Source of the DNA: Candidatus Eiseniibacteriota bacterium
GTDB taxonomy: Bacteria > Eisenbacteria > RBG-16-71-46
Length of the DNA: 64,000 bases
Assembly (NCBI GenBank): GCA_963725865.1
Contig: CAVSAC010000012.1
Coordinates: 1,383,421-1,447,420, forward strand
Direction of reading: 5' to 3'
The notes under the pieces are model-generated. The model did not search any database. It saw only the letters and a list, made by a program, of their open reading frames with translations, and was not told where the DNA came from. The translations under genes and the position numbers were made by a program. How positions within the stretch are numbered: position 1 is the stretch's first letter; each line of letters opens with the position of its first letter. Shown here in pieces: positions 10,878-20,560 of this stretch.

Positions 10878-12130
10878 GAGCTCGCTCCCGCGGTGTGCCG
10901 CGCCGCGATCCGATCGGCGGCCTCGATCGCGAACAGCGGCGCGGTCGTCAGCTTGCCCGGATCGATGGAATGGTAGCCGCCGTGGGAATCCACGCCGATG
11001 TGCGAGCGGTCGTGCAGGGCGCTCGCGGGATCGTCCACGTCGCTGCGCCCGATCGCGACGATCACGCCGGCGTCGACCAGCCGCGGCGTGCATCGCGCGA
11101 TACCCGGGAACCACGCGTCGAGCCCCGAGAGGATCGCGGAGACGATCCGGCTCGCCGTGGCGGGATCCGCCGCCCCGCGGCAGGCGGCATCCCACTCGGC
11201 CGGCGGCTCGGCATCGTGGCTCCAGCCCTGCAGCCCGGCCGGATACCAGGAAAGGTAGGCGGTGCCGTCACCCCGCACCACCACGTCGCCGTAGCGCCCC
11301 AGCACCATGGTGACCGAGGGCGCCCCGCGCAGCGCGGGCGGCAGCTCGGCAATCACCCGATACTTGAGACGATGCAGGAGGTGGGGTGGCGGCGCGATCC
11401 CGAGCTGGCGGTCGAACGCGACGCGCCGCTCCCAGAGCGCGTTCACCACCTGGCGCGCGGCGAAGCGCCACGGACCCTCGGGGCCGTCGCCCTCGACGAC
11501 GAAGGCGTCGCCGGCCTGGGTGATGGCGCGCGCCACGTGCGAAGGGGCGAACGTGATGCCGCGCGCGTCTGCCACCGCCCTCCGCAGGGCGCGGGCGAGC
11601 ACCGCGGTATCGATCGCGCGCTCGGCGGTGGCGAATCCGGCCGGGACGCGCGTGGGATCGAAGCGCTCGGCGATCTCGCGGGCCAGCAGCGGGCGCGCGA
11701 GCGTGCCGGGGCGCTCTCCGAGGTAGTCGAGCGCCGCGTCGCGTTCGAACTCCGATCGCGCGCGCACCTCGACCGCTGCGTAGTGCGCGGCCAGCGCCGG
11801 GGGCGGGAGGATCGAGTCGTCCGCGACCAGATACTGGAACGGCGTGGAGGGCTCCAGCCATTCGAGCCCAGGTGGGATCCAGCGCGCGACGATGCGCCGG
11901 AAACGCAGCGCGCCGTCGAGCTGCCGGAACGCGGTCGCGAGCGAGCGGTCGTTGGCGTAGATCAGCCCGAGGTGGATCTTGCCCTCGTTGCGCAGGCTGG
12001 CTCGATTCAACGGGACCGCGTCCTGGTCGAGCAGCGTGGCCGGGATCCCGCGACGCGCGAGCTCGAGTGCCACCCCGGTGCCGGCGAGACCGGCGCCGAG
12101 GATCAGGATGTCGGTGGAGCGCGTGAGCAT
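10874..12130 (-). CDS. FAD-dependent oxidoreductase (DAO-like)
   Basis: N-terminal ILILGAGLAG dinucleotide-binding motif, ASLRNEGKIHLG, C-terminal GKLTT. Confidence 0.82.
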   Translation of the reverse strand: MLTRSTDILILGAGLAGTGVALELARRGIPATLLDQDAVPLNRASLRNEGKIHLGLIYANDRSLATAFRQLDGALRFRRIVARWIPPGLEWLEPSTPFQYLVADDSILPPPALAAHYAAVEVRARSEFERDAALDYLGERPGTLARPLLAREIAERFDPTRVPAGFATAERAIDTAVLARALRRAVADARGITFAPSHVARAITQAGDAFVVEGDGPEGPWRFAARQVVNALWERRVAFDRQLGIAPPPHLLHRLKYRVIAELPPALRGAPSVTMVLGRYGDVVVRGDGTAYLSWYPAGLQGWSHDAEPPAEWDAACRGAADPATASRIVSAILSGLDAWFPGIARCTPRLVDAGVIVAIGRSDVDDPASALHDRSHIGVDSHGGYHSIDPGKLTTAPLFAIEAADRIAARHTAGASS

Positions 12131-12390
12131 GCCGGTCGGATCCAGTCCGGGTGAACAGAAGGCGACGAAACGGACGGCGGGGACGTTCTTTCGGTTTCCG
12201 TACGGAGCCAGTGGCGGACCCGGGTTCGCCGCGAGCCGGGTGCGGCGGCGAGCGCGAGCCAGTGTAGCCCACGCGTGCCCGAGCGCGCGCGACCCATGTG
12301 AACGCACGCGGACGGGGCCCCGCCGCTGCCCGGCCGCTCGTGAGCGGCCACGATTCGGCTGCGCCCCGTTGGGTCCGCGGAGCGACCGGC

Positions 12391-12399
12391 TGCTACCAT
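12391..12399 (+). promoter_or_regulatory. Extended -10 element (TG-n-TACCAT), probable leaderless promoter
   Basis: TGCTACCAT followed by 6 nt and then ATG 12406; no well-spaced SD sequence. Confidence 0.45.
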
Positions 12400-12405
12400 C
12401 GAGGC

Positions 12406-14850
12406 ATGCGCACTCCCATCCGCAGTCGCCCGCACCCCTTCCCGGGGCTCCTCGCCGCCGTGCTCCTCGCGCTCCTTGCCTCCTCCGCCTCCGCTCAGGG
12501 CGTGCGACTGTTCCGCGACGGCAGCGGCGGGACGTACTGGGACCTCTCGTACGCGTTCCAGTCCGGCGGCAGCACCGTCGAGATGATCAACGGAAGCAAG
12601 GCTCCACTCGAGTACACGAATCGCTGGCGCGGCACCACCGCCATTCGCATGCGCTTCACCCAGCAGAGCGGCGGCGACTGGCTGCTGGGCGTCGCCAATG
12701 CCGGCTGGACGGCGGTGAACGGCGCTCCGCTCGACTCGCTGGTGTTCTGGGCGTACTCGGTCACCGCGCTCGCCGCCAACGACCTGCCGGTGGTGTTCAT
12801 CGAGGACCTGAACAACACGCGCACCCCGCGCTACTCCATGGCTGCGTACAACCCGGCCGGGCTGCCGGCGGGAACGTGGACCCGACTCGTGATGCCCCTG
12901 GCACCCATCAAGGCAGGCCCCGGCGGCGCGAACATGGCGGTCATCAACAAGACGTTCTTCGCGCAGAGCCCGGCCGGAACGATGGGCGTTCAGCGCACGC
13001 TGTATCTCGACGAGATCCGCTGGGTGCGCACGGACCTCACCTCGCCGGTGACTCCGGGTGGCGCCCAGGCGCTGGGCTTCGAGCGCCACATCGACCTGAC
13101 GTGGGACCTGCCGACACCCGCCGACGTGGAGTCGTACCGGATCGAGCGCTCGACGAACGGCTCCTGGGCGCCCGTGCAGTGGTCGAGCGCCGAGGACGGC
13201 GGCGCGAGCCTGTGGCTCGGCACCCCGGCGGTGGCGTGCACGCTGCGGGTGCTGGCCGAGGACTGGAGCTTCCGCACGTCCGCGCCGACCGCGGAGTTCG
13301 TCACCGGGACCGCAACGCTCGGAGACGACGCCTTCATGGACATGATCGAGCGCGCGACGTTCCGCTACTTCTGGCAGAGCGCGCATCCCGTTTCGGGCCT
13401 GACGCGCGAGCGTTCGTCGTCGGGCGATGTCTGTGCGTCGGGCGGCACCGGATTCGGGCTGATGGCGATTCCGGTCGGAATCGAGCGTGGCTACGTGACG
13501 CGGATCTCGGGCACCACGCGCACGCTGCTGATCCTCAACTTCCTCGACGGCATGGCCGAGAAGCACTGGGGCGCCTATCCGCACTGGATCCACGGCGTCA
13601 CCGGACAGCACGTGGGCTTCCTGGGTCCCGACGACGACACCGTGGACCTGGTCGAGACCTCCTACCTCGCCGAAGGTCTGCTGACCGTGCGGCGGTACTT
13701 CGATGGCCCGGGCCCGGAGGAGACGGAGATTCGCACCCTCGCCACCCAGTTGTGGGAGGCGATCGACTGGACCGCGTTCGTGCCGGCCGGCCAGAGCGTG
13801 CTGCGCTGGCACCGCTCGCCCACCACCGGACTCTCGGCGGCGAACATCGCGGGCTGGAACGAGTGCATGATCACCTACCTGCTCGCGGTGGCCTCTCCCA
13901 CGCACCCGGTCCCGGCCGCGCTCTACCACCTGGGCTGGGCGCGCAGCGGCGCGATGGTGCTCAACCAGAGCTACTACGGGTATCCGCTCTCGGTCGGCTC
14001 CGCGTACGGCGGACCGATGTTCTTCGCGCACTACTCCTTCGTCGGCTTCGATCCGCGCTTCAAGCGCGACGCGTACGCGAACTACTACACCCACAACCGC
14101 AACCACGCGCTCGTGCAGGTGGCGTACGGGGCCGCGAATCCACTCGGACGCACGGGCTACAGCGCGGTGGCCTGGGGGCTGACCGCGAGCGACGATCCCT
14201 ACGGCTACAGCGCCCATGCGGCCTACTCGAACGACAACGGCACGCTGACGCCGACCGCCGCGGTCGCATCGATGCCCTACGTGCCGCAGCAGTCGCTCGC
14301 GGCGGCTCGCCACTTCTACGGCACCTACGGGGCCACGCTGTGGGGGTTCGACGGTTTCAAGGACGCATTCCATCCGGGGCTGGGCTGGACCGCGAGCGAC
14401 TACATCGCGATCGACCAGGGCCCGATCCTCCTCATGATCGAGAACTACCGCAGCGGCCTGCTGTGGTCGCGCTTCATGGCCAACCCCGAGATCGCGCCGA
14501 TGCTCGCCGCGTTGGGGTTCGTGGCCGACTCCAGCGCCACGACCGATGCGCCGGACGTCGCGGCGACGCGACCGCGCGCGCTGCGGCTGGCCGCGTCGCC
14601 GAATCCCTCTGCCGGCGCGACCGCATTCGCGCTCGAGTTGCCCGCGGCCGCCGAGGTCCAGGTCGAGGTGTTCGACCTGTCCGGCCGACGGGTGACGGAG
14701 CTGCGGCGCGGGCCGCTGCCGGCGGGTCGGCACGCGCTGGCGTGGAACGGCCGCGCGGAGGGCGGTGGCGTCCTGGCTCCCGGGGTCTACCTCGCGCGCG
14801 TCCATGCGGGCGATGCGACCGCGACGACGCGCATCGTGCGCGTGCGGTGA
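12406..14850 (+). CDS. Secreted glucoamylase-family / GH144-like (beta-1,2-glucanase-like) glycoside hydrolase with N-terminal CBM-like domain and C-terminal FlgD/T9SS-type domain
   Basis: FRYFW..AHPVSGL.RER, GGTGFG, DLVET, GWNE, GGPMFFAHYSF, WGLTASD, YIAIDQGPI..MIENYRSGLLW; C-terminal SPNP...FDLSGRRV...WNG...GVY. Confidence 0.85.
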   Translation: MRTPIRSRPHPFPGLLAAVLLALLASSASAQGVRLFRDGSGGTYWDLSYAFQSGGSTVEMINGSKAPLEYTNRWRGTTAIRMRFTQQSGGDWLLGVANAGWTAVNGAPLDSLVFWAYSVTALAANDLPVVFIEDLNNTRTPRYSMAAYNPAGLPAGTWTRLVMPLAPIKAGPGGANMAVINKTFFAQSPAGTMGVQRTLYLDEIRWVRTDLTSPVTPGGAQALGFERHIDLTWDLPTPADVESYRIERSTNGSWAPVQWSSAEDGGASLWLGTPAVACTLRVLAEDWSFRTSAPTAEFVTGTATLGDDAFMDMIERATFRYFWQSAHPVSGLTRERSSSGDVCASGGTGFGLMAIPVGIERGYVTRISGTTRTLLILNFLDGMAEKHWGAYPHWIHGVTGQHVGFLGPDDDTVDLVETSYLAEGLLTVRRYFDGPGPEETEIRTLATQLWEAIDWTAFVPAGQSVLRWHRSPTTGLSAANIAGWNECMITYLLAVASPTHPVPAALYHLGWARSGAMVLNQSYYGYPLSVGSAYGGPMFFAHYSFVGFDPRFKRDAYANYYTHNRNHALVQVAYGAANPLGRTGYSAVAWGLTASDDPYGYSAHAAYSNDNGTLTPTAAVASMPYVPQQSLAAARHFYGTYGATLWGFDGFKDAFHPGLGWTASDYIAIDQGPILLMIENYRSGLLWSRFMANPEIAPMLAALGFVADSSATTDAPDVAATRPRALRLAASPNPSAGATAFALELPAAAEVQVEVFDLSGRRVTELRRGPLPAGRHALAWNGRAEGGGVLAPGVYLARVHAGDATATTRIVRVR

Positions 14851-14859
14851 GAACGGCGA

Positions 14860-14889
14860 CGGCCCGCGGACTTCGAGGTCCGCGGGCCG
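14860..14889. terminator. Hairpin between convergent genes, probable bidirectional terminator
   Basis: CGGCCCGCGGAC-TTCGAG-GTCCGCGGGCCG, 12-bp perfect stem; no long U tract. Confidence 0.6.
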
Positions 14890-14910
14890 CCGTGCGTTCC
14901 CGACGTGCGG

Positions 14911-17900
14911 TCAGCGCATCAGCAGCATCTTGCGCTGCTCGACGGCACGCCCGACCTCGAGCCGGTAGAAGTACACGCCGCTCGCGAAGCGGTGGGTGCT
15001 GAGGTCGACGCGGTAGCGGCCGGCCTCCTGACGCTGGTTCACCAGCGTCTGCACCTCGCGGCCCTGCAGGTCGTACAACTTGAGCACCACCTGTCCCGCC
15101 GTCGGGATGGCGTACTGGATATGCGTGAGGCCACGGGACGGGTTCGGGAAGTTCTGGGCGAGCGCGACGGCACGCGGGACCGCGCCGGCGATCCGGTCGA
15201 CCCCGAGGACCACCGAGTCGGTCCCTCCGAACTGGTAGTAGCGCGCAGCGAACTCCTGCAGGAACTGATTGGTGATGTCCGCGTCGTGGATGACCAGCGT
15301 GTTCTCGTTGTTCGAGTTCTCGGCCGCCGCGGACCAGTTGTGGGAGCCGGTGAGGGTGGTGGCGTCCCAGCTCGGGCTCTCGGCGTCCGCCAGGCAGTAC
15401 TTGTGGTGGAGCAGGCCGGACGCGCCGGTCTTCAGCCGCACGTCCACGCCGGCGCCGACCAGGTTGTTGTACTCCGAGCCGGTGTCGGTGCCGTTGTCGA
15501 GGTCGCCGCGCACCGCGAGGCCGGCCGCGTGCCGTGCGATCAGCGCCCCCGAGATGTCGGAACGCGTCAGCGTCAGCATCTCGAACGCGACCGAGTGCTG
15601 GGCGCCGTTGATGAGCGAGAGGATGTGCGACGTGACGTTATCCGACGGGCTGAAGTAGAGCTGCACGTCGCGGCCGCCGATCGCGAAGCGATGCGGCGTG
15701 TCGTCCAGCTTGCGCGCGCCGAACCGTGAGGCCGCGGCGTTCGCGACGTCGGTGCCGCTGCCCCACATCTCGTCGAACTCCATCGTGTAGGCCACCGCGA
15801 GCGACTGGTCCTGGATCTCGACCGAGTTCTGGAAGTCGTTGTCGGTGCCCGGATCGGTCGGATTCCACGAGCCGGTCCACACCCACACGCTCTCCGGGGC
15901 GCCGCCGCGCCCGTCGATCACGAAGAACTTGTTGTGCATGAGCCCGGCGCCGTTGTTGATCGGATCGAGGCGGTCGGTCACGAGCGGGATGCCGTTCGCG
16001 ACGAGCGAGTTGAACGCCGCGGTGCTGCGATTGTCGTCCTCGCAGATGACGCGCACCCTGACGCCGCGGTTCTTCGCGGCGATGAGGGCGTTCGCGAGCG
16101 TGGTGCCGGGGGTGCCGCTCAGGCTGTAGATGGCGGCGTCGATCGAGCGCTGGGCGTTGGTGAAGTGCGGCACCAGCAGAGCCGGGAGGTTCTGATTGCC
16201 GTTCGCGGGGTGCTGCCACGCGAGCGCGGTGTTCACGCTCTTGTTGAAGTAGGCGTTCATCGTGCCGGTGGACGCCACAGGCGACGCCGTGATGAACAGC
16301 GCGGTCGGCGAGAAGTTGGTGCCGTTCACGTCGCCCGAGCCGACGCTGTAGTGGTAGACCGTGGCGGGCGTGAGTCCGGTCACCGTCACGGTGTGGGTCG
16401 TCACCGCGGTCGCATCCACGATGCTGTCGCCGAGCGCCGCGCTGGTGCCGTACCGCACGATGCTCGAGGAGGCGACGTCGGTGGTCCAGTGCAGCTGGAC
16501 CGAGGTCGGCTGCAGGTGGTCCTCGAACGGCGCGGTGAGCAGGATCGGGCCGGCGTGCGGGATGATGTCGTCGGGTGTCCGCGGCGAGATCTCGTAGTCG
16601 GCGGTGTACGGCGGCCCCGGCGCCGGCGTGCCGGGCTTGAACTGCTTGAGGATCCCGATCACGTCGAACACGCTCGGCACCGCGGGGAAGCTGGTCGGGA
16701 TGAAGATGTTGGTGGTTCCCGAGGCGTCCGAGATGGTCGAGGTCGTCGGATTGTAGGTCACGCCGTCGATGCGGATCAGACGGCCCTCGTTGGGCTCGGC
16801 GAAGTCGGGATGGAACGTGGCGTTGACCTCCGCGCACGTGACCGTCAGCGGCTCCGGCACCGGCCGGCCGGTGGCGTGCCGCACCAGCAGCGCGAACTCG
16901 GGCTGGATCTCGATCAGACCGCGGAACTGGACGATCGAACCCGTGACGGTGATGCTGTCGCCCGGCGCCATCGTGAACGGCGGCAGCGACGCGCTGAACA
17001 GGTCGACACCCCCCGTGAGGTCCTGCACGTACACGTCCGTGCGCGTGTCGTTCAGATTCGCGGTGACGATGCCGGAGACGGTCGCTTCGCTGCCGACCGC
17101 GTAGGGCGCGGTGGCCACGCCGGAAGCATCGTTGACGTGCAGCGTGACGATCGGCACCAACGCGAGCACGCGCACGCTCGGCTGTAGCACGATCGGGGTC
17201 AGGGTCCCGGCCGCGACCGCGGTGCGCGTCGTGAACTGGGTCGCGCTCTTGGTGGCGGGCGAGGTGAGCCCGGTGAGGATGACCGAGCCCTGATCGGTCG
17301 GGCTCAGGGTGGCGCCCGTGACGAACAACGTGTCCCCCACGACCGATGGGGTCGCGGCCGCGAACGCGGAGCCCGTCAGCACCACGGAGTCGGTCGAGTG
17401 CGACCACGTCCACGACGGTGGGACCAGGATCGCGAGGCTCGCGAGGGTGGCGCTCGAATCCTGGTGGAACGCGAACGCGAGCGAGTCGAGGCCGCGATCG
17501 GCGAACACGATGGTCGGCGCCACGCTCACGCTGCCGGTGCCGTTGCCGCCCGAGGCGAACGACGGCTCGGGGGGATTGCCGCTGTTCTGCGGGTTACGGC
17601 CGTGGGTCTGGGCGACGAAGTCGTTGCCGTTGACGTCGGAGTCCTGGCCGTTGCCGAGCAACGCGTGCGCGCCGCCGGCACCCAGCGAGTCGGCGGTCGA
17701 GGTGGCGAGCGCCTTGCGCTCCACGCTGTTGCCGTTCGCGGTGGTGCCGTGGTTCGGCGCCGCGATTCCACCCTCAGGGTCGATCGCAGTCCCCCAGCCC
17801 ACCTTGTCCACCTCGACCAGGGCGGCATCGAGGAGGTGCTCGTGGCCGCTGTCGGCCATGCCCGTGCCGGAGGTCCACAGCCCGGAGCTGTAGTCGGGCG

Positions 17901-18222
17901 TGGCTCCCCCCACGTAGGACTGGTTCGCGATCAGATAGAACCCGTGCGCCGGGATGGTCGCGTTCGCGGGCAGGATCGCGCGGTCGCTCCAGGTCGTCCC
18001 GCTGGCGGACTTGTACTGGATGCGCCAGCCGGACAGGCTGATCACGTTGCCGGTCGGGTTGTACAGCTCGACGAACTCGTCGGTCGCCGCGGCGGGACCG
18101 CGGGTGGCGAACTCGGAGATGACGACGTGGTTGGCGGCGGCGCGCGCCGTCGGAGCGGCTGTCGTCAGGGCGACCGCCGGGAATGCGACGAGGGCGGTGA
18201 GAATCCAGGTCGAGAGGCGCAT
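14911..18222 (-). CDS. Secreted multidomain phospholipase D-family (nuclease-like) protein: lamin-tail domain, OB-fold-like, Fn3-like, two HKD domains, T9SS/FlgD-type CTD
   Basis: VVISE...DEFVELYNPT (lamin tail); HNKFFVID..TGSWN and HHKYCLAD..TGSHN (two HxKxxxxD motifs); C-terminal QNFPNP...GVYFYRL...RKMLLMR. Confidence 0.85.
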   Translation of the reverse strand: MRLSTWILTALVAFPAVALTTAAPTARAAANHVVISEFATRGPAAATDEFVELYNPTGNVISLSGWRIQYKSASGTTWSDRAILPANATIPAHGFYLIANQSYVGGATPDYSSGLWTSGTGMADSGHEHLLDAALVEVDKVGWGTAIDPEGGIAAPNHGTTANGNSVERKALATSTADSLGAGGAHALLGNGQDSDVNGNDFVAQTHGRNPQNSGNPPEPSFASGGNGTGSVSVAPTIVFADRGLDSLAFAFHQDSSATLASLAILVPPSWTWSHSTDSVVLTGSAFAAATPSVVGDTLFVTGATLSPTDQGSVILTGLTSPATKSATQFTTRTAVAAGTLTPIVLQPSVRVLALVPIVTLHVNDASGVATAPYAVGSEATVSGIVTANLNDTRTDVYVQDLTGGVDLFSASLPPFTMAPGDSITVTGSIVQFRGLIEIQPEFALLVRHATGRPVPEPLTVTCAEVNATFHPDFAEPNEGRLIRIDGVTYNPTTSTISDASGTTNIFIPTSFPAVPSVFDVIGILKQFKPGTPAPGPPYTADYEISPRTPDDIIPHAGPILLTAPFEDHLQPTSVQLHWTTDVASSSIVRYGTSAALGDSIVDATAVTTHTVTVTGLTPATVYHYSVGSGDVNGTNFSPTALFITASPVASTGTMNAYFNKSVNTALAWQHPANGNQNLPALLVPHFTNAQRSIDAAIYSLSGTPGTTLANALIAAKNRGVRVRVICEDDNRSTAAFNSLVANGIPLVTDRLDPINNGAGLMHNKFFVIDGRGGAPESVWVWTGSWNPTDPGTDNDFQNSVEIQDQSLAVAYTMEFDEMWGSGTDVANAAASRFGARKLDDTPHRFAIGGRDVQLYFSPSDNVTSHILSLINGAQHSVAFEMLTLTRSDISGALIARHAAGLAVRGDLDNGTDTGSEYNNLVGAGVDVRLKTGASGLLHHKYCLADAESPSWDATTLTGSHNWSAAAENSNNENTLVIHDADITNQFLQEFAARYYQFGGTDSVVLGVDRIAGAVPRAVALAQNFPNPSRGLTHIQYAIPTAGQVVLKLYDLQGREVQTLVNQRQEAGRYRVDLSTHRFASGVYFYRLEVGRAVEQRKMLLMR

Positions 18223-18380
18223 GGAGGCTCCGTTCGATGGTGGTGGACGACTCGACGCTCAAGGCATCGAGCGTAGCACGCTGAAATGGAGGCGACCACC
18301 CGATGGCGCCCGCGGGCGCGCATCATCGGCGCATGTCAGGTGTCCCTGGACAGGCGCGCGCGCGCCGTGGAGACTGCCGC

Positions 18381-19481
18381 ATGATGACCACCAACCGCTA
18401 TCGCGCCCTTCCGCACTCCGGGGTATTCCTGCTCGCGGCACTACTCGGGCTCGCACTGGTGCTCGCGGGCTGCTCGAAGAAGGTCGGCGGGCCGAAGGTC
18501 ACCCCGCCCCCGCCGCGCACGTACCTCATGGGCTTCTCCGGCATCCCGCCGCGCGCCGACTTCGCGCAGCAGGTGGCGGCCATCGACATGTGGGGTCTGC
18601 GCGCGGACGGGGCGATCATGAGCGACGAGGTCCCGTGGGATTCGCTGCTCGCCGGCGTGCGTCCCGACTCGTTCGTGATGCGCAATCAGCTCGGGCTCGC
18701 GCAGTACTACCGCGGCAAGGGTCACCGGCTCGTGGTCATGATCGATCCCGCGAACGGGCTCAATCGCGCCGGCGAGTCCACTCCGCTCGTGAACGCGGGT
18801 CGCAGCATCGCGGAGCCGGCGATCCAGCAGCTGTACCGACGCTACGCGGTGGCGCTGGACACGCTCCTGCGTCCCGACGAGCTGGGGCTGGCGCTCGAGA
18901 CCAATCTGATCCGGCTCGCCGCGCCCGCGCCGCTGTACGCCGCGGTGCGCCAGCTGGCCAACGACGCCGCGGCCGACGTGCGCGCCCACGATGCGAGCGT
19001 GCGTCTGATGGTGAGCGTGCAGGTGGATGCCGCCTGGGGGCGCTTCGCACCGCCGGGCGCCTACGTGGGCGTCGAGTCGGACTTCAACGACTTCCCGTTC
19101 ATCCAGGTACTCGGACTCTCGTCGTACCCGTACCTGGCGGGCTACGCGGACCCCGAGAGCCTGCCGGCGGACTACTACAGCGCGCTGCTGGCCGGGCGCT
19201 CCATGCCCGTGATGGTCACCGAGGGCGGCTGGTCGTCGACGACGGTCTCGCCGGTCGTCACCTCGGCTGCGATGCAGCGTCGCTTCGTCATCCGCCAGGC
19301 TCAGCTACTCGATGCGATCCATGCGATCGGATGGTTCCAGCTCACCTTCACCGATCTCGATCTGACCGTGTTCCCGCCGGGCGTCGCGCCGTTCGCCTAC
19401 CTCGGACTGGTCGACACCGATCTCAATCCGAAGCTGGCGCTCGCGTCGTGGGACTCGGTGTTCGCTCGCCCGCGCCGCTGA
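18381..19481 (+). CDS. Lipoprotein, putative TIM-barrel glycoside hydrolase-like
   Basis: Lipobox LAGC; LGLALETN, GLSSYPY and VMVTEGGW motifs reminiscent of clan GH-A. Confidence 0.55.
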   Translation: MMTTNRYRALPHSGVFLLAALLGLALVLAGCSKKVGGPKVTPPPPRTYLMGFSGIPPRADFAQQVAAIDMWGLRADGAIMSDEVPWDSLLAGVRPDSFVMRNQLGLAQYYRGKGHRLVVMIDPANGLNRAGESTPLVNAGRSIAEPAIQQLYRRYAVALDTLLRPDELGLALETNLIRLAAPAPLYAAVRQLANDAAADVRAHDASVRLMVSVQVDAAWGRFAPPGAYVGVESDFNDFPFIQVLGLSSYPYLAGYADPESLPADYYSALLAGRSMPVMVTEGGWSSTTVSPVVTSAAMQRRFVIRQAQLLDAIHAIGWFQLTFTDLDLTVFPPGVAPFAYLGLVDTDLNPKLALASWDSVFARPRR

Positions 19482-19501
19482 AGGCCGGAGGCCGCGAGGA
19501 A

Positions 19502-19529
19502 CCACGGGGGCCGGGCCGCGCCCCCGTGG
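19502..19529. terminator. Hairpin between convergent genes
   Basis: CCACGGGGGC / GCCCCCGTGG 10-bp stem with 8-nt loop. Confidence 0.45.
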
Positions 19530-19616
19530 AGCTGACGTCGCCGCTCGAACCCCGCCCCTCGCCTGCCACCGGCCGACGCCGACCCCGCGCCACGGGACGC
19601 GCGGACCTCGAAGCGG

Positions 19617-20174
19617 TCAGTTCGCGGTCATGGAATCTGGGGCGGCAGGCGTCGCTTCCGCCACGGTCTTGAGGCTGGCGAGCCCCTTCTCGAAGTCCCC
19701 ACCCACCTGCTTGTCCATGTTCATGAAGAGGCTGAACGCCTTCGCCATGAAGTCGTTCTTCCCGTCCATGGACCACGTGACCCGGGTGCCCCCCTCCGCC
19801 GGAACGAACGTGAACGAGCAGGTGTTCACCGCCTGGAAGGGCTTGACGAACTCCAGCCGGATTCCGACCTTCGAACTCGGCTCGGCTTCGGTGACGGTCA
19901 TCCGTCCCTCGCCCACCTTGTCATTGCCGGCCCAGTGGTAGCCGGCTCCGACGCCCGACTCGGCCCCCTCGAAGGACCTGGTCATGTTCGGGTCGAGCTT
20001 CTCCCACGGTGACCATTCGGCCCAGTTGTGCAGGTTCGAGACCTTGGCGAAGAGGACCTCCGCAGGGGCCGCCACGGTCGCCGAGCGCTCGATGTGGAAG
20101 GAGGGTGGGCGGGTGGCGATGAAGCCGATGACGCCGAGCACGATCAAGAGCAGGACGACGAGGACTCTCCGCAT
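19617..20174 (-). CDS. SRPBCC / polyketide cyclase-dehydrase family protein
   Basis: N-terminal anchor, W..WSPW.KLDP, GVGA.Y.W.GN..VGEG, T.VTWSM, GGDFEKGL. Confidence 0.88.
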   Translation of the reverse strand: MRRVLVVLLLIVLGVIGFIATRPPSFHIERSATVAAPAEVLFAKVSNLHNWAEWSPWEKLDPNMTRSFEGAESGVGAGYHWAGNDKVGEGRMTVTEAEPSSKVGIRLEFVKPFQAVNTCSFTFVPAEGGTRVTWSMDGKNDFMAKAFSLFMNMDKQVGGDFEKGLASLKTVAEATPAAPDSMTAN

Positions 20175-20560
20175 TGGGGCCTCCAGGACGGGTGGCGCAG
20201 CGCTCCGAGTGACACTGGTCAGCGGGATCGGCTCCGACCCCGCAGAACGGCCGAGACTATAGTCAGCGAGCCAGAGGACGTCATCACCCAGATCACGAGA
20301 CTGGGGAATCCCACCCAGGAACGCGTGGCGCCGCATCGTGAGACGAGCGCGCGCGCCGCCCGAGCCGCTGCTCCCGCGTCCTCCTCGCTTGCTTCGCACG
20401 CCGGCGATTCGATAAAGTCATTACCAGCGGAGTTGAGCGGAAGTCCTCATATCGGCCTCTCCATGGATTGGACGGCCGCGGCCTAACACCACGCCAGCCA
20501 CGTCTTGCGGAGATTCCTTCAAGGAACACTCCAGACGGGGCTCGAGGATTCCTCCCTTCC

